Origin: an uncultured bacterium | GTDB taxonomy: Bacteria > Oederibacteriota > Oederibacteriia > Oederibacteriales > Oederibacteriaceae | Direction: 5' to 3' | NCBI GenBank assembly: GCA_965112635.1 | Contig: OZ218778.1 | Location: forward strand, 1,600,001-1,664,000 | Length of the DNA stretch: 64,000 nucleotides | Shown: positions 18,568 to 29,262 of the stretch, piece after piece | Layout of the letters: each line of letters opens with the position of its first letter | How positions within the stretch are numbered: the stretch's first letter is position 1 | The notes under the pieces: model-generated | What the model saw: the letters and a program-made list of their open reading frames with translations, nothing else | What the model was told of the DNA's origin: nothing | The model's database searches: none | Position numbers and translations under genes: made by a program

Positions 18568-21174
18568 ATGAACGTTAAACAGGGAAAACCGCTACGTCGT
18601 ATTTTGGAGCAGGATATTCTGCCCTTTGTAGAAAAACCAGCAAGGTATATAGGCGGAGAGTGGGGAGCAATCCATAAGGACTGGGATAAGGTCAAGGTCC
18701 GCTCTGTTTTACTGTTCCCTGAAATCTATGAAATCGGAATGTCATCCCTCGGTTTCCAGATCCTTTATCAAATCATCAATAGGGATACGGATTTTTTGGC
18801 GGAAAGGGCATATCTTCCCTGGACCGATATGATGGCCAAAATGGGGGAATATCAAATACCTTTGTACGCCCTGGAGTCCTTTACCCCTCTGAATGATTTC
18901 GATGTTGTCGCGACGACTTTGCAATATGAAACAGGCTTTACCAATGTTCTACAGTGCATCCATCTGGCTGGGCAGAGTGTTTTAGCCAAGGAGAGAGCAG
19001 AAACTTTTCCTTTGTGGATAGGCGGGGGGCCTTGCGCGGTCAATCCCGAGCCTATGGCGGATTTTCTGGACGCTTTTGTGCTCGGTGACGGGGAAGAGGT
19101 TTTTTTAGAACTCCTTGAGACCGTGCGAACAGCCAAAGAGAGCAGCCATAAAAATCTGGTCCGCAAGCAAGATTTGCTCAGGAGGCTGGCCGGTATCCCC
19201 GGGGTGTACGTGCCGAGCTTGTACGCCCCATCTTACCAAGCCGACCGCACTCTGGCCTCTTTGGACCCGGTGGATGACGATGTGCCAAAAACTGTCCGCA
19301 GGAGAGCCGTTAAAGATATCAGCAAGGACAGCCAGCCCCAGCGTATAGTTCCTCTCCTCAATATCATCCATGATCGGCTGGGCATCGAGCTTTTTAGGGG
19401 GTGCACCCGGGGCTGCCGGTTCTGCCAGCCCGGGATGGTCTCGCGTCCGGTCCGCGAATGTTCTCCGGCCAACGTGGAAGAACGGACCCTTCAAGCCTTA
19501 GGCCTGACCGGATACGAGGAAGTGACCTTTTCCTCCCTGAGCAGCGGCGATTATTCCGGACTCAAGCAGTTCATTCCCCGTATCATGATTGTTTTGTCCA
19601 AGTCCACGACCGCCGTTTCCCTGCCGTCGCTGCGGATGGACGGGTTTTCCGCGTCGGTCGCCAAGGAGATCAAAAGGGTAAGGAGCACGGGACTGACCTT
19701 TGCCCCGGAGGCGGGGACCGAGAGGCTGCGCAAATTCATCAATAAAGAAGCTCCGGAATCCTTGCTGCTGGAGAACAGCCGCCAGGTCTATTTGCAGGGG
19801 TGGCGCTCCATCAAGCTGTATTTCATGGTGGGACTACCTTCGGAAACGGACGCAGACCTGCAGGGGATCGTGGATTTAGCACAAAAGATCCGGGAGGTTG
19901 GCCGCCGCCTGGACAAGCAGAACACCGTGCACGTCAGCCTTTCCACTTTTGTTCCCAAGAGCCACACGCCTTTCCAGTGGGAAGCCCAAATAAACCTCGA
20001 GCAGATGCAGGCCAAGATACAGTTCATCCGCAACAGCCTGAGAGGGATCAAGGTCAGCTGGCAGGAACCCAAACTCAGTCTCCTGGAAGGCGTGTTCACC
20101 CGGGGTGACCGCAGGCTGGGAGAGGTGCTGTACCGGGCCTGGAAAAAAGGGTGCCTGTTTGATGCCTGGTCCGAGCGGCTCAACTGGGGAGCCTGGCAGG
20201 AGGCGTTCGCAGAAACCGGCTTGGACCAGGCTTTTTATGCCAGCCGGATGCGCGGAGAAAACGAGGTTTTTCCCTGGGACCGGATGGATTGCGGGACCAC
20301 CAAAGAGTTCCTTTGGGCCGAGCGCCAAAAAGCCTACGGGGAACAGACCCGGGAAGATTGCCGCTGGGCCGGTTGCTATTCCTGTGGGTCTTGTTCACCT
20401 GACCAAGTTCAACAGCAGGCCGTCAAGGGGCTAAAAAAGCCCCAGCCTGACCAGCCCGACGAGACCAAGTACCCAAAAACAGAAATAGATGAAAAGCCGG
20501 CTAGATTATTGCGCCAGCGCTTGAGGGTTAAGTTTTCCAAGCAGGGCGATTTACGGTTCGTTTCTCACCTGGACCTTCTAAATATCTGGCGGAGAATGTT
20601 CCGGCGGTCCGGGATAGATATCGCTTTTACCCAGGGGTTTCATCCCAAGCCCAAAATCAGTTTTTCGCCGGCTTTAGCCTTGGGTGTTTCCAGCCTTGCA
20701 GAGTATTTTGATGTACATCTGGTCACCTCCATGAGGGCGGAGGAGTTCCAGGAAAGATTGGGGTCCCAGTGCCCGCCGGGCCTGGAGATTTTAGGGGTCA
20801 GGGAAATGCCCCTGGTATGTCGGCCGCTTAACGAGATCATCCGTTATGGGGAATATCTGGTCAGAGGTCAATTCGACGGGGCTGTTCCTGCGGATTGGGC
20901 CAAACATTTGTTGCAGATGGACGGGCGCCCAGGTTTTGAGGGGACTTCGTTCGCGCTCCTAACCTGGGAACCGCCCCGGTTGGAGTTTAAAGTCACCCGT
21001 GAGGTCATCGACAGCCAGACCGCCCAAACCCAGGGGGTCAAAGCAAGGAAGCTGTCCGATCTTTTGCAGGAAGCTCTGGGGATAGACAGGCATACGGTCA
21101 AAAAATTGGAGATCACCAGAAAAGGTCTTTACGCCATACAGAACGGACAATTGATAGAGCCGTGGTTACCTTAG
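18568..21174 (+). CDS. TIGR03960-type radical SAM protein fused to TIGR03936/DUF2344 domain
   Basis: VEKPARYIGGE, CTRGCRFC, FAPEAG, C-terminal LRFVSHLD...GFHPKPKISF. Confidence 0.9.
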   Translation: MNVKQGKPLRRILEQDILPFVEKPARYIGGEWGAIHKDWDKVKVRSVLLFPEIYEIGMSSLGFQILYQIINRDTDFLAERAYLPWTDMMAKMGEYQIPLYALESFTPLNDFDVVATTLQYETGFTNVLQCIHLAGQSVLAKERAETFPLWIGGGPCAVNPEPMADFLDAFVLGDGEEVFLELLETVRTAKESSHKNLVRKQDLLRRLAGIPGVYVPSLYAPSYQADRTLASLDPVDDDVPKTVRRRAVKDISKDSQPQRIVPLLNIIHDRLGIELFRGCTRGCRFCQPGMVSRPVRECSPANVEERTLQALGLTGYEEVTFSSLSSGDYSGLKQFIPRIMIVLSKSTTAVSLPSLRMDGFSASVAKEIKRVRSTGLTFAPEAGTERLRKFINKEAPESLLLENSRQVYLQGWRSIKLYFMVGLPSETDADLQGIVDLAQKIREVGRRLDKQNTVHVSLSTFVPKSHTPFQWEAQINLEQMQAKIQFIRNSLRGIKVSWQEPKLSLLEGVFTRGDRRLGEVLYRAWKKGCLFDAWSERLNWGAWQEAFAETGLDQAFYASRMRGENEVFPWDRMDCGTTKEFLWAERQKAYGEQTREDCRWAGCYSCGSCSPDQVQQQAVKGLKKPQPDQPDETKYPKTEIDEKPARLLRQRLRVKFSKQGDLRFVSHLDLLNIWRRMFRRSGIDIAFTQGFHPKPKISFSPALALGVSSLAEYFDVHLVTSMRAEEFQERLGSQCPPGLEILGVREMPLVCRPLNEIIRYGEYLVRGQFDGAVPADWAKHLLQMDGRPGFEGTSFALLTWEPPRLEFKVTREVIDSQTAQTQGVKARKLSDLLQEALGIDRHTVKKLEITRKGLYAIQNGQLIEPWLP

Positions 21175-21191
21175 CCATAGGGAGAGCAAGC

Positions 21192-22400
21192 ATGCTGGGT
21201 CAAGTCATCTTAAAGAAGCACGAAGAGGCGAGGATCAAAAAAGGGCATCCCTGGATATTCGATAACGAAATCAGTAAAGTGGAAGGAAACCCAGATCCTG
21301 GAAGTTTTGTGGAGGTGATTGACCCAAAAGGCTTTTTTCTGGGTCAAGGGTATATCAACCCCCGTTCCAAAATCATGGTCAGGCTGATGACCCACCAGTA
21401 CCGCTTTACGGACGGCCAGCACCCTGAAGAGGATTTTGCAGGCCTGGTAAAAAAAAGGGTCCTGCAAGCCTTGGAACACCGCCAAAAATATATTGCCAAA
21501 CACAATCAAGCCTACCGAGTCCTGTTCAGCGAAGGTGACCGCTTGCCTGGACTTATCGTGGATAAATACGGCCCTTTGCTGGCCGTACAATTTTTGACCC
21601 TGGGCATGGAGCTACGAAGAGCCGCCATCCTGAAGATTTTGGACCAGTCCCTGAGGCCAGAGGTCATCCATGAACGCAGCGATACCAGGTCCAGGGAAAT
21701 GGAGGGGCTCAAAAGGCAATCAGGTTTCCTAAAAAAACCAAAGCATTTCGGGGAAAAAGATGTTGTCTGGTTCCAGGACGGGGAATTAAGTTTTTCTTAT
21801 GACCCTGCCGGACAAAAAACAGGTTACTTCCTGGACCAATCAGAGAATCGGCAGGCGTTAAAACCATATGTCAAAGGGGCCAAGGTGTTGGACTGCTTTT
21901 GTTACAGCGGAGCTTTTAGCCTTTATAGCGCCTTGTACGGCGCTCAGGAAGTGCTTGGCGTTGATTCCTCTCGGACAGCCATCGAGCAGGCGCGCCGAAA
22001 TGCGGTCAAGAATGGCCTGACTAAAGTGACTTTTGAAGAAAGGGATGTGCTGGAAAGTTTGCGGGCCTTTGGCAGCGCAGGACAAACCTTTGATGTCATC
22101 ATTATGGACCCTCCGGCGTTCGCCAAACAAAAAAAGGATGTGCCTGCCGCGAAAAAAGGATATTTGGAGATCAACAGGTTGGCCTTGGAGCTTTTAACAA
22201 AACACGGCACTTTGGTCAGCTGTTCCTGTTCCCACTACCTTGACCGCTCAGCATTCATGAAAATACTCGATCTGGCTGCGGTGCAGGCCAAGCGTTCTTG
22301 TAAGTTAGTGGAATTCCGAAAGCAGCCTAAGGACCATCCGGTGCTTGCCGCCGTGCCTGAGACAGATTACTTGAAATGCGCTATATTGAGAGCGCAATGA
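21192..22400 (+). CDS. rlmI: RlmI-like class I SAM-dependent rRNA methyltransferase
   Basis: GHPWIF PUA domain, SEGDRLPGLIVD, GQKTGYFLDQ, MDPPAF, YLKC. Confidence 0.85.
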   Translation: MLGQVILKKHEEARIKKGHPWIFDNEISKVEGNPDPGSFVEVIDPKGFFLGQGYINPRSKIMVRLMTHQYRFTDGQHPEEDFAGLVKKRVLQALEHRQKYIAKHNQAYRVLFSEGDRLPGLIVDKYGPLLAVQFLTLGMELRRAAILKILDQSLRPEVIHERSDTRSREMEGLKRQSGFLKKPKHFGEKDVVWFQDGELSFSYDPAGQKTGYFLDQSENRQALKPYVKGAKVLDCFCYSGAFSLYSALYGAQEVLGVDSSRTAIEQARRNAVKNGLTKVTFEERDVLESLRAFGSAGQTFDVIIMDPPAFAKQKKDVPAAKKGYLEINRLALELLTKHGTLVSCSCSHYLDRSAFMKILDLAAVQAKRSCKLVEFRKQPKDHPVLAAVPETDYLKCAILRAQ

Positions 22401-22461
22401 TTTGGATTGTTTGACCGCTTTTTCCCTTCCTGATAATATTTAATCAGTTCGACGGGAGGCA

Positions 22462-24135
22462 TTGATGAACAAATTGTTTTTTGGGGTTGTTATCTGCCTT
22501 TTAACAGGCACCGTGGTGTTGCGCGCAGATGTTGAGATTGACAAAAATTCCCCTGACAGCCAAGCCATCTATTATTACCTGGCCGGCCTGCTTGCCGAAC
22601 AGCAGGACCAAACTGATCAGGCCATCCAATTTTATCAAGCAGCTGCTGAGCATGATCCTGAATCATCTGCACCGAACTTAAAGCTGGCCCAAATCTATTT
22701 GGATAAAAATGATGAAAATAAAGCCACGGAAATTTGTCTGAAAATAACAGCGAAAAATCCCAACGAGATCAAAGCGCATGGTATCTTAGGGGCCATCTAT
22801 AATCATCAAGGAAAAGCCAAAGCGGCTATCGAGGAGTATGAGAAGGTCCTCAGCCTCGACCCCTTGAATCAGGACGCCTATTTTGCTTTGGGTTCTGTGT
22901 ATTTGAGCGAAAAGGAATATCAGAAATCGTTAGCGAATTTCAAAAAAGTAACCGCTTTAAACCCGGATTCAGCCTCGGCTTTCTTTAATATTGGGCTGGT
23001 TTATTCTGAGATGGACAAGTTTGATCTGGCTTTCGCCCAATACCAAAAAGCGGCTGAGCTGGACGGCCGTTATGTGGACGCCTACAACCGCCTGGGATTG
23101 GCCTACGAGATGAGGGGAGACCTTGATCATGCTGCCCAGATGTACCTGGCTTTGTTGGAGAAAGATCCTGAAAATACTAGCGCTAGGATTAAGCTCATCA
23201 ATGTTTATCGACAACAGAAAAATTGGGATAAAGCGCTTGAAGAGTACCGTAATCTAGTGAGCGTGGAGCCGGACAACCAAGAGGCTTACCAGTCCATGGG
23301 GCTCATAGCCTACAATATCAAGCATTACGAAGAAGCTGTGCCTTATCTTAAAAAAGCCTTGGAACTCAAGCCAGACAATTTACTTGGATATTTTTATTTG
23401 GGGGCATGTGAGTCAGCTTTAGCCCATTATACTGAAGCAGAAATTGATTTCAAAAAAGTCCTTGAACTAGACCCCAAGATGGCTGAAGGGTATGTGCAGC
23501 TGGGCTTGATCTATGACAAACAGCAAAAGCCCCAAAAAACCATCGAGATCTTTGAAAAAGGCGTATTTGGCTTGCCAAAAAACTCGGAGCTCAACCTGTT
23601 TTTGGGACTGGCCTATAGTTCAGCAAAAGAATATGAAAAGGCCGTGCCGAGCTATGAGAACTGTATTGAGCTGGCTCCTGACGAAGAAGTCGCCTATTTC
23701 CAGCTTGGAATCGCGCTGGATAAACTGGGGAAGAGCGATAAGGCCATTGAGCAGTTCTATAAAGTTATTAAAGTAAACCCTAAGAATGCTGAAGCCTATA
23801 ATTACATTGGCTATTCCTATGCCGACAAGGGAATTAAATTGGATGAAGCGGTCAATCTCATAAAACAGTCCTTGGAGCTTGACCCAATGAACGGTTTTTA
23901 TGAAGACAGCCTTGGCTGGACCTATTACAAACAAGGGCTTTACCAGCAGGCCCTGGAATTACTGGAACAAGCCGTGGAACATACAAAACAGAACGCCGAG
24001 CCCGTCATCCAGGAGCACCTTGGTGACGTTTACCTAAGACTGGGCGAACCAGGCAAGGCCAAACAGGCCTGGCAAAAATCCCTTAAACTTGATCCAACCA
24101 ATGAGGTCCTCAAGCGGAAGATCAAGGATAACTAA
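22462..24135 (+). CDS. Exported tetratricopeptide-repeat protein
   Basis: Signal peptide, many TPRs, NYIGYSYA...DSLGW...EHLGD; usual neighbour of ispE. Confidence 0.9.
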   Translation: MMNKLFFGVVICLLTGTVVLRADVEIDKNSPDSQAIYYYLAGLLAEQQDQTDQAIQFYQAAAEHDPESSAPNLKLAQIYLDKNDENKATEICLKITAKNPNEIKAHGILGAIYNHQGKAKAAIEEYEKVLSLDPLNQDAYFALGSVYLSEKEYQKSLANFKKVTALNPDSASAFFNIGLVYSEMDKFDLAFAQYQKAAELDGRYVDAYNRLGLAYEMRGDLDHAAQMYLALLEKDPENTSARIKLINVYRQQKNWDKALEEYRNLVSVEPDNQEAYQSMGLIAYNIKHYEEAVPYLKKALELKPDNLLGYFYLGACESALAHYTEAEIDFKKVLELDPKMAEGYVQLGLIYDKQQKPQKTIEIFEKGVFGLPKNSELNLFLGLAYSSAKEYEKAVPSYENCIELAPDEEVAYFQLGIALDKLGKSDKAIEQFYKVIKVNPKNAEAYNYIGYSYADKGIKLDEAVNLIKQSLELDPMNGFYEDSLGWTYYKQGLYQQALELLEQAVEHTKQNAEPVIQEHLGDVYLRLGEPGKAKQAWQKSLKLDPTNEVLKRKIKDN

Positions 24136-24179
24136 GCGAGAAAGATCTGATCAATCATCCCTGACTGGGAGGAAATTCC

Positions 24180-25034
24180 GTGAAGAAACTCCAGATCAAT
24201 GCTTTTGCCAAAATCAATTTGATTCTATTGGTCAAAGGCAAAAGATCCGATGGATACCATGAATTAAAAACCGTTTTCCAGGAGATTAACCTTAAAGATG
24301 TGATCAGGCTCGAGTCGCAGAGCGCGAAGATCAGTCTGTTTGCTCGCGGTCTTAGCGTCCCAAAAGGAAAAGAAAACCTTGCCGTCAAAGCCGCCTTATT
24401 GCTGAAACAAGAGGCTGATATCCCTGGAGCAGGCGTAAAGATAATTCTTGATAAGAGAATACCCGCCGGGGCTGGTTTGGGCGGGGGGAGCAGTGATGCC
24501 GCTGCTGTGCTCAAGGGTTTAAATCAGTTGTGGGGATTGAGGTGGCCGGTAAGGAGATTACTAGGTCTCGCGGCTAAACTAGGTTCTGATGTGCCCTTTT
24601 TCTTAAAAGGAGGGACCGTGTTAGCGAGAGGAAGAGGGGAGAAGTTCTCTGTTTTTCCACATTTGCCTCGAAAATGGGTTGTCTTAGCCTGGCCTGGTTT
24701 TAGTGTTTCTACTAAATGGGTTTTCAGCCAATATAGGGCTCGGTTGTTTAAAGGTAAGCCCCGTGTTAAACTTCTTGCTCAAGCTATCCAAAGGAACAGG
24801 ATGGACCAAGCTTTTCCCTTGCTGGCCAATGACCTGGAAAATGTAGTTTTGAAAAAATATCCGGTCCTCCAAGCCATTAAAGACAAGATGGCCCAGTTCG
24901 GTGCATGCGCCAGCCTGATGACAGGAAGCGGAAGCATGGTTTTTGGCATGGTCAGGAGCAGAAAACAGGGCGAATGGCTGGCCAAACAGATGAAACCTTA
25001 TTGTAAAAAGACCTGGGTCGTCAGCACCAGATAG
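24180..25034 (+). CDS. ispE: 4-diphosphocytidyl-2-C-methyl-D-erythritol kinase
   Basis: AKINL, DGYHEL, IPAGAGLGGGSSDAA, GSDVPFF, MTGSGS. Confidence 0.95.
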   Translation: MKKLQINAFAKINLILLVKGKRSDGYHELKTVFQEINLKDVIRLESQSAKISLFARGLSVPKGKENLAVKAALLLKQEADIPGAGVKIILDKRIPAGAGLGGGSSDAAAVLKGLNQLWGLRWPVRRLLGLAAKLGSDVPFFLKGGTVLARGRGEKFSVFPHLPRKWVVLAWPGFSVSTKWVFSQYRARLFKGKPRVKLLAQAIQRNRMDQAFPLLANDLENVVLKKYPVLQAIKDKMAQFGACASLMTGSGSMVFGMVRSRKQGEWLAKQMKPYCKKTWVVSTR

Positions 25035-25052
25035 CTTTTTTCCCGCCAACGA

Positions 25053-26702
25053 TCAGGTTGGGGAGTCGACAAGTGGTAAGTCAACGGGCTTTGAATCCGT
25101 CATTCGAAGGTTCGAATCCTTCCTCCCCAGCCATTCCTTACTCTGGCAATGTCGCAAGGGTTCCCTATAGGTCGTGGGCATGTTGGGAAGAGCCCTAAGA
25201 TGTATCTCAACCCAATGGTTCTTTCCGTCATAGATCACTTCTTTGACAAGCAACCGCACGATCTGCAACTTTTCAGATAGTTCCAGACTTTCATAAACAT
25301 CCCCGAATTGAGCCAAAACCTTCTGGACTTCATCCACATTTATTACCGTGGACTTAATTTTATCAATTTGAAGCTGTATGCAGTTTAATTCTGCCTCAAT
25401 CTCATGCTTCTGGGAGTCCAGTTCATTAAGTTTATCCATAAACATGCTGTTATTTTTGCCTGCACCAAAGGCAGTCATAAGTTCATCTCCTTGTTTTTTT
25501 ATTTTTCTTTCTTCCAATTGTTTTTCCAAAAGTTGTTTCTTTAGAGAAGGGAGTTCTTTTGCTGTGGTGTCTTGGGCATTCTGGATCACTTTTTCCATCA
25601 TGGTTGGTTGGCCAGCCAGGAAAGCAATCCGTTGGATGATGATCTCCTCAATCTCTCGTGCTGGGACTTGTCTTACAGGGCAAGCTGAAGGATCTGTTTT
25701 GATGACCCTCGAGCATTTGTAATAGAGATACTCCTGATGATTGCGTCCGAAGGCATGATAAGGGGTCATGATAGAACCGCAATGAGCGCATCGGATAAGG
25801 CCCCTGAGCAAAAAACCATAACGGTTCTGAGTTGGTGACTTTTTCCTCTGGTTGTTCTGTCCCAGTAATTTTTGAACGTGATCAAAGATATTGAGGTCTA
25901 CGATTGCCTTATGTTCAGCTTTGACCCATTCATTCCCGTATCTGATTCTGCCGGTATATATTGGGTTTTTAAGGATGAGGGAAAAGGTGGTTTTAGTGAA
26001 CTTGCCGCCATTTATGGCTTTTCCCGCTTTGGTCACCCTTCTTTTGGAGTGGTATTTTTGGTTAATTTTAGGTAAAGCCTTATCCAGTGATTGTTCCTGA
26101 AGATAGAGCTGAAACATATTACGAACCTGTTCCGCTTCTTGGGTATTAGGGACCAGCTTTTTTTGGATGTTGTCGTAACCCAAAGGAGGCACACCACCCG
26201 TCCATCTGCCTATCTTTCTGGAAGCCTGAATCTTATGCCTGGTACGTTCAACACCCATCTCCCGCTCAAATTGGGCAAATTCTATCAGGATAGATTGCAA
26301 CAACCTCCCTGCGGGTGTGCTGGTGTCAATGGATTGGGTGACAGAGACGAAGGTCACATCGTGCTCCTTGAAAAACTCCATGAGATTGATGAAGTCCTTT
26401 ACGTTCCTGCTCAGACGGTCAAGTTTGTAAACAACCACTGCCTGCACCTTACCTTGCAAGATGGCTTGAATTAGTTGTCCGAGGGCAGGGCGGTCCATTG
26501 TGGCTCCGCTTATGCCAGGGTCTTGATAAACGTCAGGGAATAATCGCCACCCCTCGCCCTCATGGGATTTGATGAACGCCTCACAATATTGTTTTTGGGA
26601 ATCCAGGGAGTTAAATTCGGAATCTAGATTCTCGTCAGTGGATTTCCGAGTATATATAGCGCAGTTTTTTATAGCTTGTGTCCGTACTAGTTCTTTAATC
26701 AT
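25053..26702 (-). CDS. Large serine recombinase (integrase); its C-terminus reads through the whole tRNA-Gln antisense
   Basis: YTRKST, KLDRLSR, CAHC/YKC zinc ribbon, coiled coil; tail WLGRKDSNLRMTDSKPVDLPLVDSPT. Confidence 0.93.
   Translation of the reverse strand: MIKELVRTQAIKNCAIYTRKSTDENLDSEFNSLDSQKQYCEAFIKSHEGEGWRLFPDVYQDPGISGATMDRPALGQLIQAILQGKVQAVVVYKLDRLSRNVKDFINLMEFFKEHDVTFVSVTQSIDTSTPAGRLLQSILIEFAQFEREMGVERTRHKIQASRKIGRWTGGVPPLGYDNIQKKLVPNTQEAEQVRNMFQLYLQEQSLDKALPKINQKYHSKRRVTKAGKAINGGKFTKTTFSLILKNPIYTGRIRYGNEWVKAEHKAIVDLNIFDHVQKLLGQNNQRKKSPTQNRYGFLLRGLIRCAHCGSIMTPYHAFGRNHQEYLYYKCSRVIKTDPSACPVRQVPAREIEEIIIQRIAFLAGQPTMMEKVIQNAQDTTAKELPSLKKQLLEKQLEERKIKKQGDELMTAFGAGKNNSMFMDKLNELDSQKHEIEAELNCIQLQIDKIKSTVINVDEVQKVLAQFGDVYESLELSEKLQIVRLLVKEVIYDGKNHWVEIHLRALPNMPTTYREPLRHCQSKEWLGRKDSNLRMTDSKPVDLPLVDSPT
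25059..25133 (+). tRNA. tRNA-Gln (TTG)
   Basis: TGGGGAG...ACGGG-CTTTGAA-TCCGT...GGTTCGAATCC...CTCCCCA-G-CCA; typical position after ispE. Confidence 0.95.
25128..25155. other. attL (tRNA 3' end plus P' arm)
   Basis: cagcca-ttcctt-actctggcaatgtcgc. Confidence 0.75.
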
Positions 26703-26935
26703 AACGACTCCTTTCTTGACAGTGACATGAGGGCATTGGTTCGCCTCAATATCAAGGTCTTTGTTTGGTCACTTATGCTAGAAATGTCTACAATATTTTG
26801 CGTACTAGATTTGTCTTTGGCCATCACCCGCAAAGCTCCTTTTGCCAGGATTGATGCAATCTCATCAAGGCGGTCTTCAGGAATCAGCATTTCCTCCCAA
26901 GCCGATTCAGAACCTAGAGTAAGAGGATTATTCAT
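26699..26935 (-). CDS. Small protein coupled to the integrase
   Basis: Overlaps integrase start; RLDEIASILAKGALR. Confidence 0.55.
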   Translation of the reverse strand: MNNPLTLGSESAWEEMLIPEDRLDEIASILAKGALRVMAKDKSSTQNIVDISSISDQTKTLILRRTNALMSLSRKESL

Positions 26936-27191
26936 TGGCTATTCCCTCCAAGGCTTCACATAACCAATGGAATCCCCTTTTCTTGCATTGTTTTAAAAGG
27001 TTTTTAAGAAGAAAAATATCATTGGGATTATAAAGATTGCCCGGTGTTTTGGAATTGATGCTAAGTTTTTGATGAGAGCAAGGGAGAAGACCTAAAGATA
27101 TCTTTAGTATTATGAATTTATTTCTCGTTAGCCCCAGTGATCGGGCGGCCTGCCTAGTAGTCATGGGGGTCTTTTGAATGTGTCTATGCAT
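26928..27191 (-). CDS. Small putative DNA-binding (excisionase-like) protein
   Basis: MTTRQAARSLGLTR HTH-like; overlaps both neighbours. Confidence 0.45.
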   Translation of the reverse strand: MHRHIQKTPMTTRQAARSLGLTRNKFIILKISLGLLPCSHQKLSINSKTPGNLYNPNDIFLLKNLLKQCKKRGFHWLCEALEGIANE

Positions 27192-29259
27192 CGTTAATCC
27201 CCCCAGTTTCCACTGCAACAGTGCAACAGTCTAGTTTTTCAGGGGAAGGGAGAATTTCTACGTCCTCTGGAAGGGAGTCACCTAAAACGAGCTTATGGGG
27301 TTTACCTTTTTGGGTTTCTAAGTTTTTTAAATAGCCTTTTTCTAATGCCACTCGTATTCTACGAGACGTTGAAGATCGGTCTAGTTTAAGATGATTTTTT
27401 GTCTCAGATTGACTGACGTATTTATCTTCACTATCTTTACCATCCAGCAATGCTTTAACAGCATCAACAGTTTCTTTTAAGCTATCGCTAACTCCAGCAT
27501 CTATCTGATCCTTCAATATATCTTTAACCAGTTCATAAATTGCCTTGTAGTCATCCAATGAAGCAATAATGCTGCCTTTTTGATCTTTGTCTCGGTTAGC
27601 CTGGTGCAGTATAGCGTGAGTTTTTATGAAATTAATTACCTGAGGTATATCCCGACGCAGTCTCACCGCTTTAGGAGGGATTTTATCAATAAGGAGAGGG
27701 AGGTAGGGGATAACGACATGGTTTGGTTGGCAGGAAAGCCATTCTTGGAGAGCATGCCAGAGCTCAATGTTTGAACTACTTTTCCGTTCTTCCGTTAAAC
27801 TCAGTAGGATTTCTTGCGTTTGTTTTGGGGTATCTTTTAGGGTTATAGAAAATAGTCTGGTTTCATTCTCGGGGTGAAGACTTACTGCTGTGGTAGTAAC
27901 AATAAGACCCGTTGGGCCTTGTTTTTCAATCCGTCTAGATACAAGACCTAGGGGAGTTTTTTCCACAGTTTCATAGCTGATTTTACCTTCGCTTAATAAC
28001 GAGCGGATTAAATAGCTAGTCATTTCATTATTTAAACCGACAGCTTCAATGATGATTAGCATGCGGTGTTCTAGGGGTTCCTGTGTATAGGCAAGAACCT
28101 TTTCTGACATGCCTGTAAGCTCGTAATATGCTTCTTCTGGAAAAAATTTTAAGACATTTTCCACGAGATACGATTTTCCCGTGGATGAGGGACCTTTTAT
28201 GACTATAGAGATCGGTTTATTTAATATATGGCTGGTTAAAGTGAGATATAGAATTTTGGCTTCGCTTTGAACCCCTACGACACCGGATTTTTCAAGTTCC
28301 TGATCAAAAATTTCAAGAATATTTGGATGTGTTGCCAAATCACGACAAGTTTTCCAGGTTTTTTCTGTTTGTTTTCTATTGTTTTCTTCTTCTATCTTAG
28401 TCCAGGGGATAGAACGCTCAAGAAAGGTTTGGAATTTGATTTTGAATTCGTCTGGTTTCGCAACGTGTAGATCAGAAGGATCCTTATGGGGAGTTAAATC
28501 CAATATGCGAATTTTGATTTTTAATTTAGATTTTGCAATCCATTTTAAGACTGCTTCGCCACCTCTATCATTTTCATGGACAACATAGATAATTTCAAAG
28601 TTTTCTAAAAATCCAAACCACTCCTCTTTCCAAATGGCTGCTCCAGGGATACCAATAGCTGGGAATCCGTGAAGCCAGAGGGTATGACAATCAGATTCAC
28701 CCTCGACTAGAATGACAAACTTTTGTGATTTGAATTCCTTAAGTTTCCAGAGTCCATACAAACTTGCTTTATCGTTAGTTCTCCATTTAAAGCGTTGATT
28801 AATACCGTCGGATTTGGCAAGGGCGCAACGGTACCTTATAGCAACGAGCTCCTGGTCTATATTCAAATAGGGAATAACAACTCTTTTGCTACCTTTATGG
28901 GTTTCGTCCGATAAACCAAGTTTTATAAGGAAATCTACAGGAATCTTTTTGATTTGCGCATACTGCTCCAAGGTGCATCCTAGGGACTGTTGCACTGTTG
29001 CAGTTGTTTTGGAGGTTGATAAGGCATCCCTTTGGATGGGGGAATCGGGGAAGAGGTCACTCATTTTTAGACCCAGGGATTGGACGATCTGCTCGGCTGA
29101 ACAACCAGCAAAGCACTTCAAGAGCACTTTTCCATCTCCAGCTTCAGATATAGAGAGGCTGTTTTGATGGTCTTCATGCGCTGGGCAAAGGGCAGTCCAC
29201 CCTTGGTTGGTTTTACGAATTCCTTTAAGTTTTTGGAGGACGAGGTCAATTTTACTCAT
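27184..29259 (-). CDS. DNA primase-helicase (Zn finger + TOPRIM + P-loop ATPase)
   Basis: CPAHED...KCFAGC, VEGESD, Walker A GPSSTGKS, C-terminal HTH-like segment. Confidence 0.8.
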   Translation of the reverse strand: MSKIDLVLQKLKGIRKTNQGWTALCPAHEDHQNSLSISEAGDGKVLLKCFAGCSAEQIVQSLGLKMSDLFPDSPIQRDALSTSKTTATVQQSLGCTLEQYAQIKKIPVDFLIKLGLSDETHKGSKRVVIPYLNIDQELVAIRYRCALAKSDGINQRFKWRTNDKASLYGLWKLKEFKSQKFVILVEGESDCHTLWLHGFPAIGIPGAAIWKEEWFGFLENFEIIYVVHENDRGGEAVLKWIAKSKLKIKIRILDLTPHKDPSDLHVAKPDEFKIKFQTFLERSIPWTKIEEENNRKQTEKTWKTCRDLATHPNILEIFDQELEKSGVVGVQSEAKILYLTLTSHILNKPISIVIKGPSSTGKSYLVENVLKFFPEEAYYELTGMSEKVLAYTQEPLEHRMLIIIEAVGLNNEMTSYLIRSLLSEGKISYETVEKTPLGLVSRRIEKQGPTGLIVTTTAVSLHPENETRLFSITLKDTPKQTQEILLSLTEERKSSSNIELWHALQEWLSCQPNHVVIPYLPLLIDKIPPKAVRLRRDIPQVINFIKTHAILHQANRDKDQKGSIIASLDDYKAIYELVKDILKDQIDAGVSDSLKETVDAVKALLDGKDSEDKYVSQSETKNHLKLDRSSTSRRIRVALEKGYLKNLETQKGKPHKLVLGDSLPEDVEILPSPEKLDCCTVAVETGGINDA

Positions 29260-29262
29260 TAG

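Noticed and set aside
13379-24985. Many short overlapping or antisense ORFs in the core genes
   Set aside because: Shadow ORFs of well-supported genes, lacking motifs and RBS
25100-25133. Long direct repeat of the tRNA-Gln 3' half as attR
   Set aside because: None seen; only a 6-bp core, accepted because of the symmetric inverted arms
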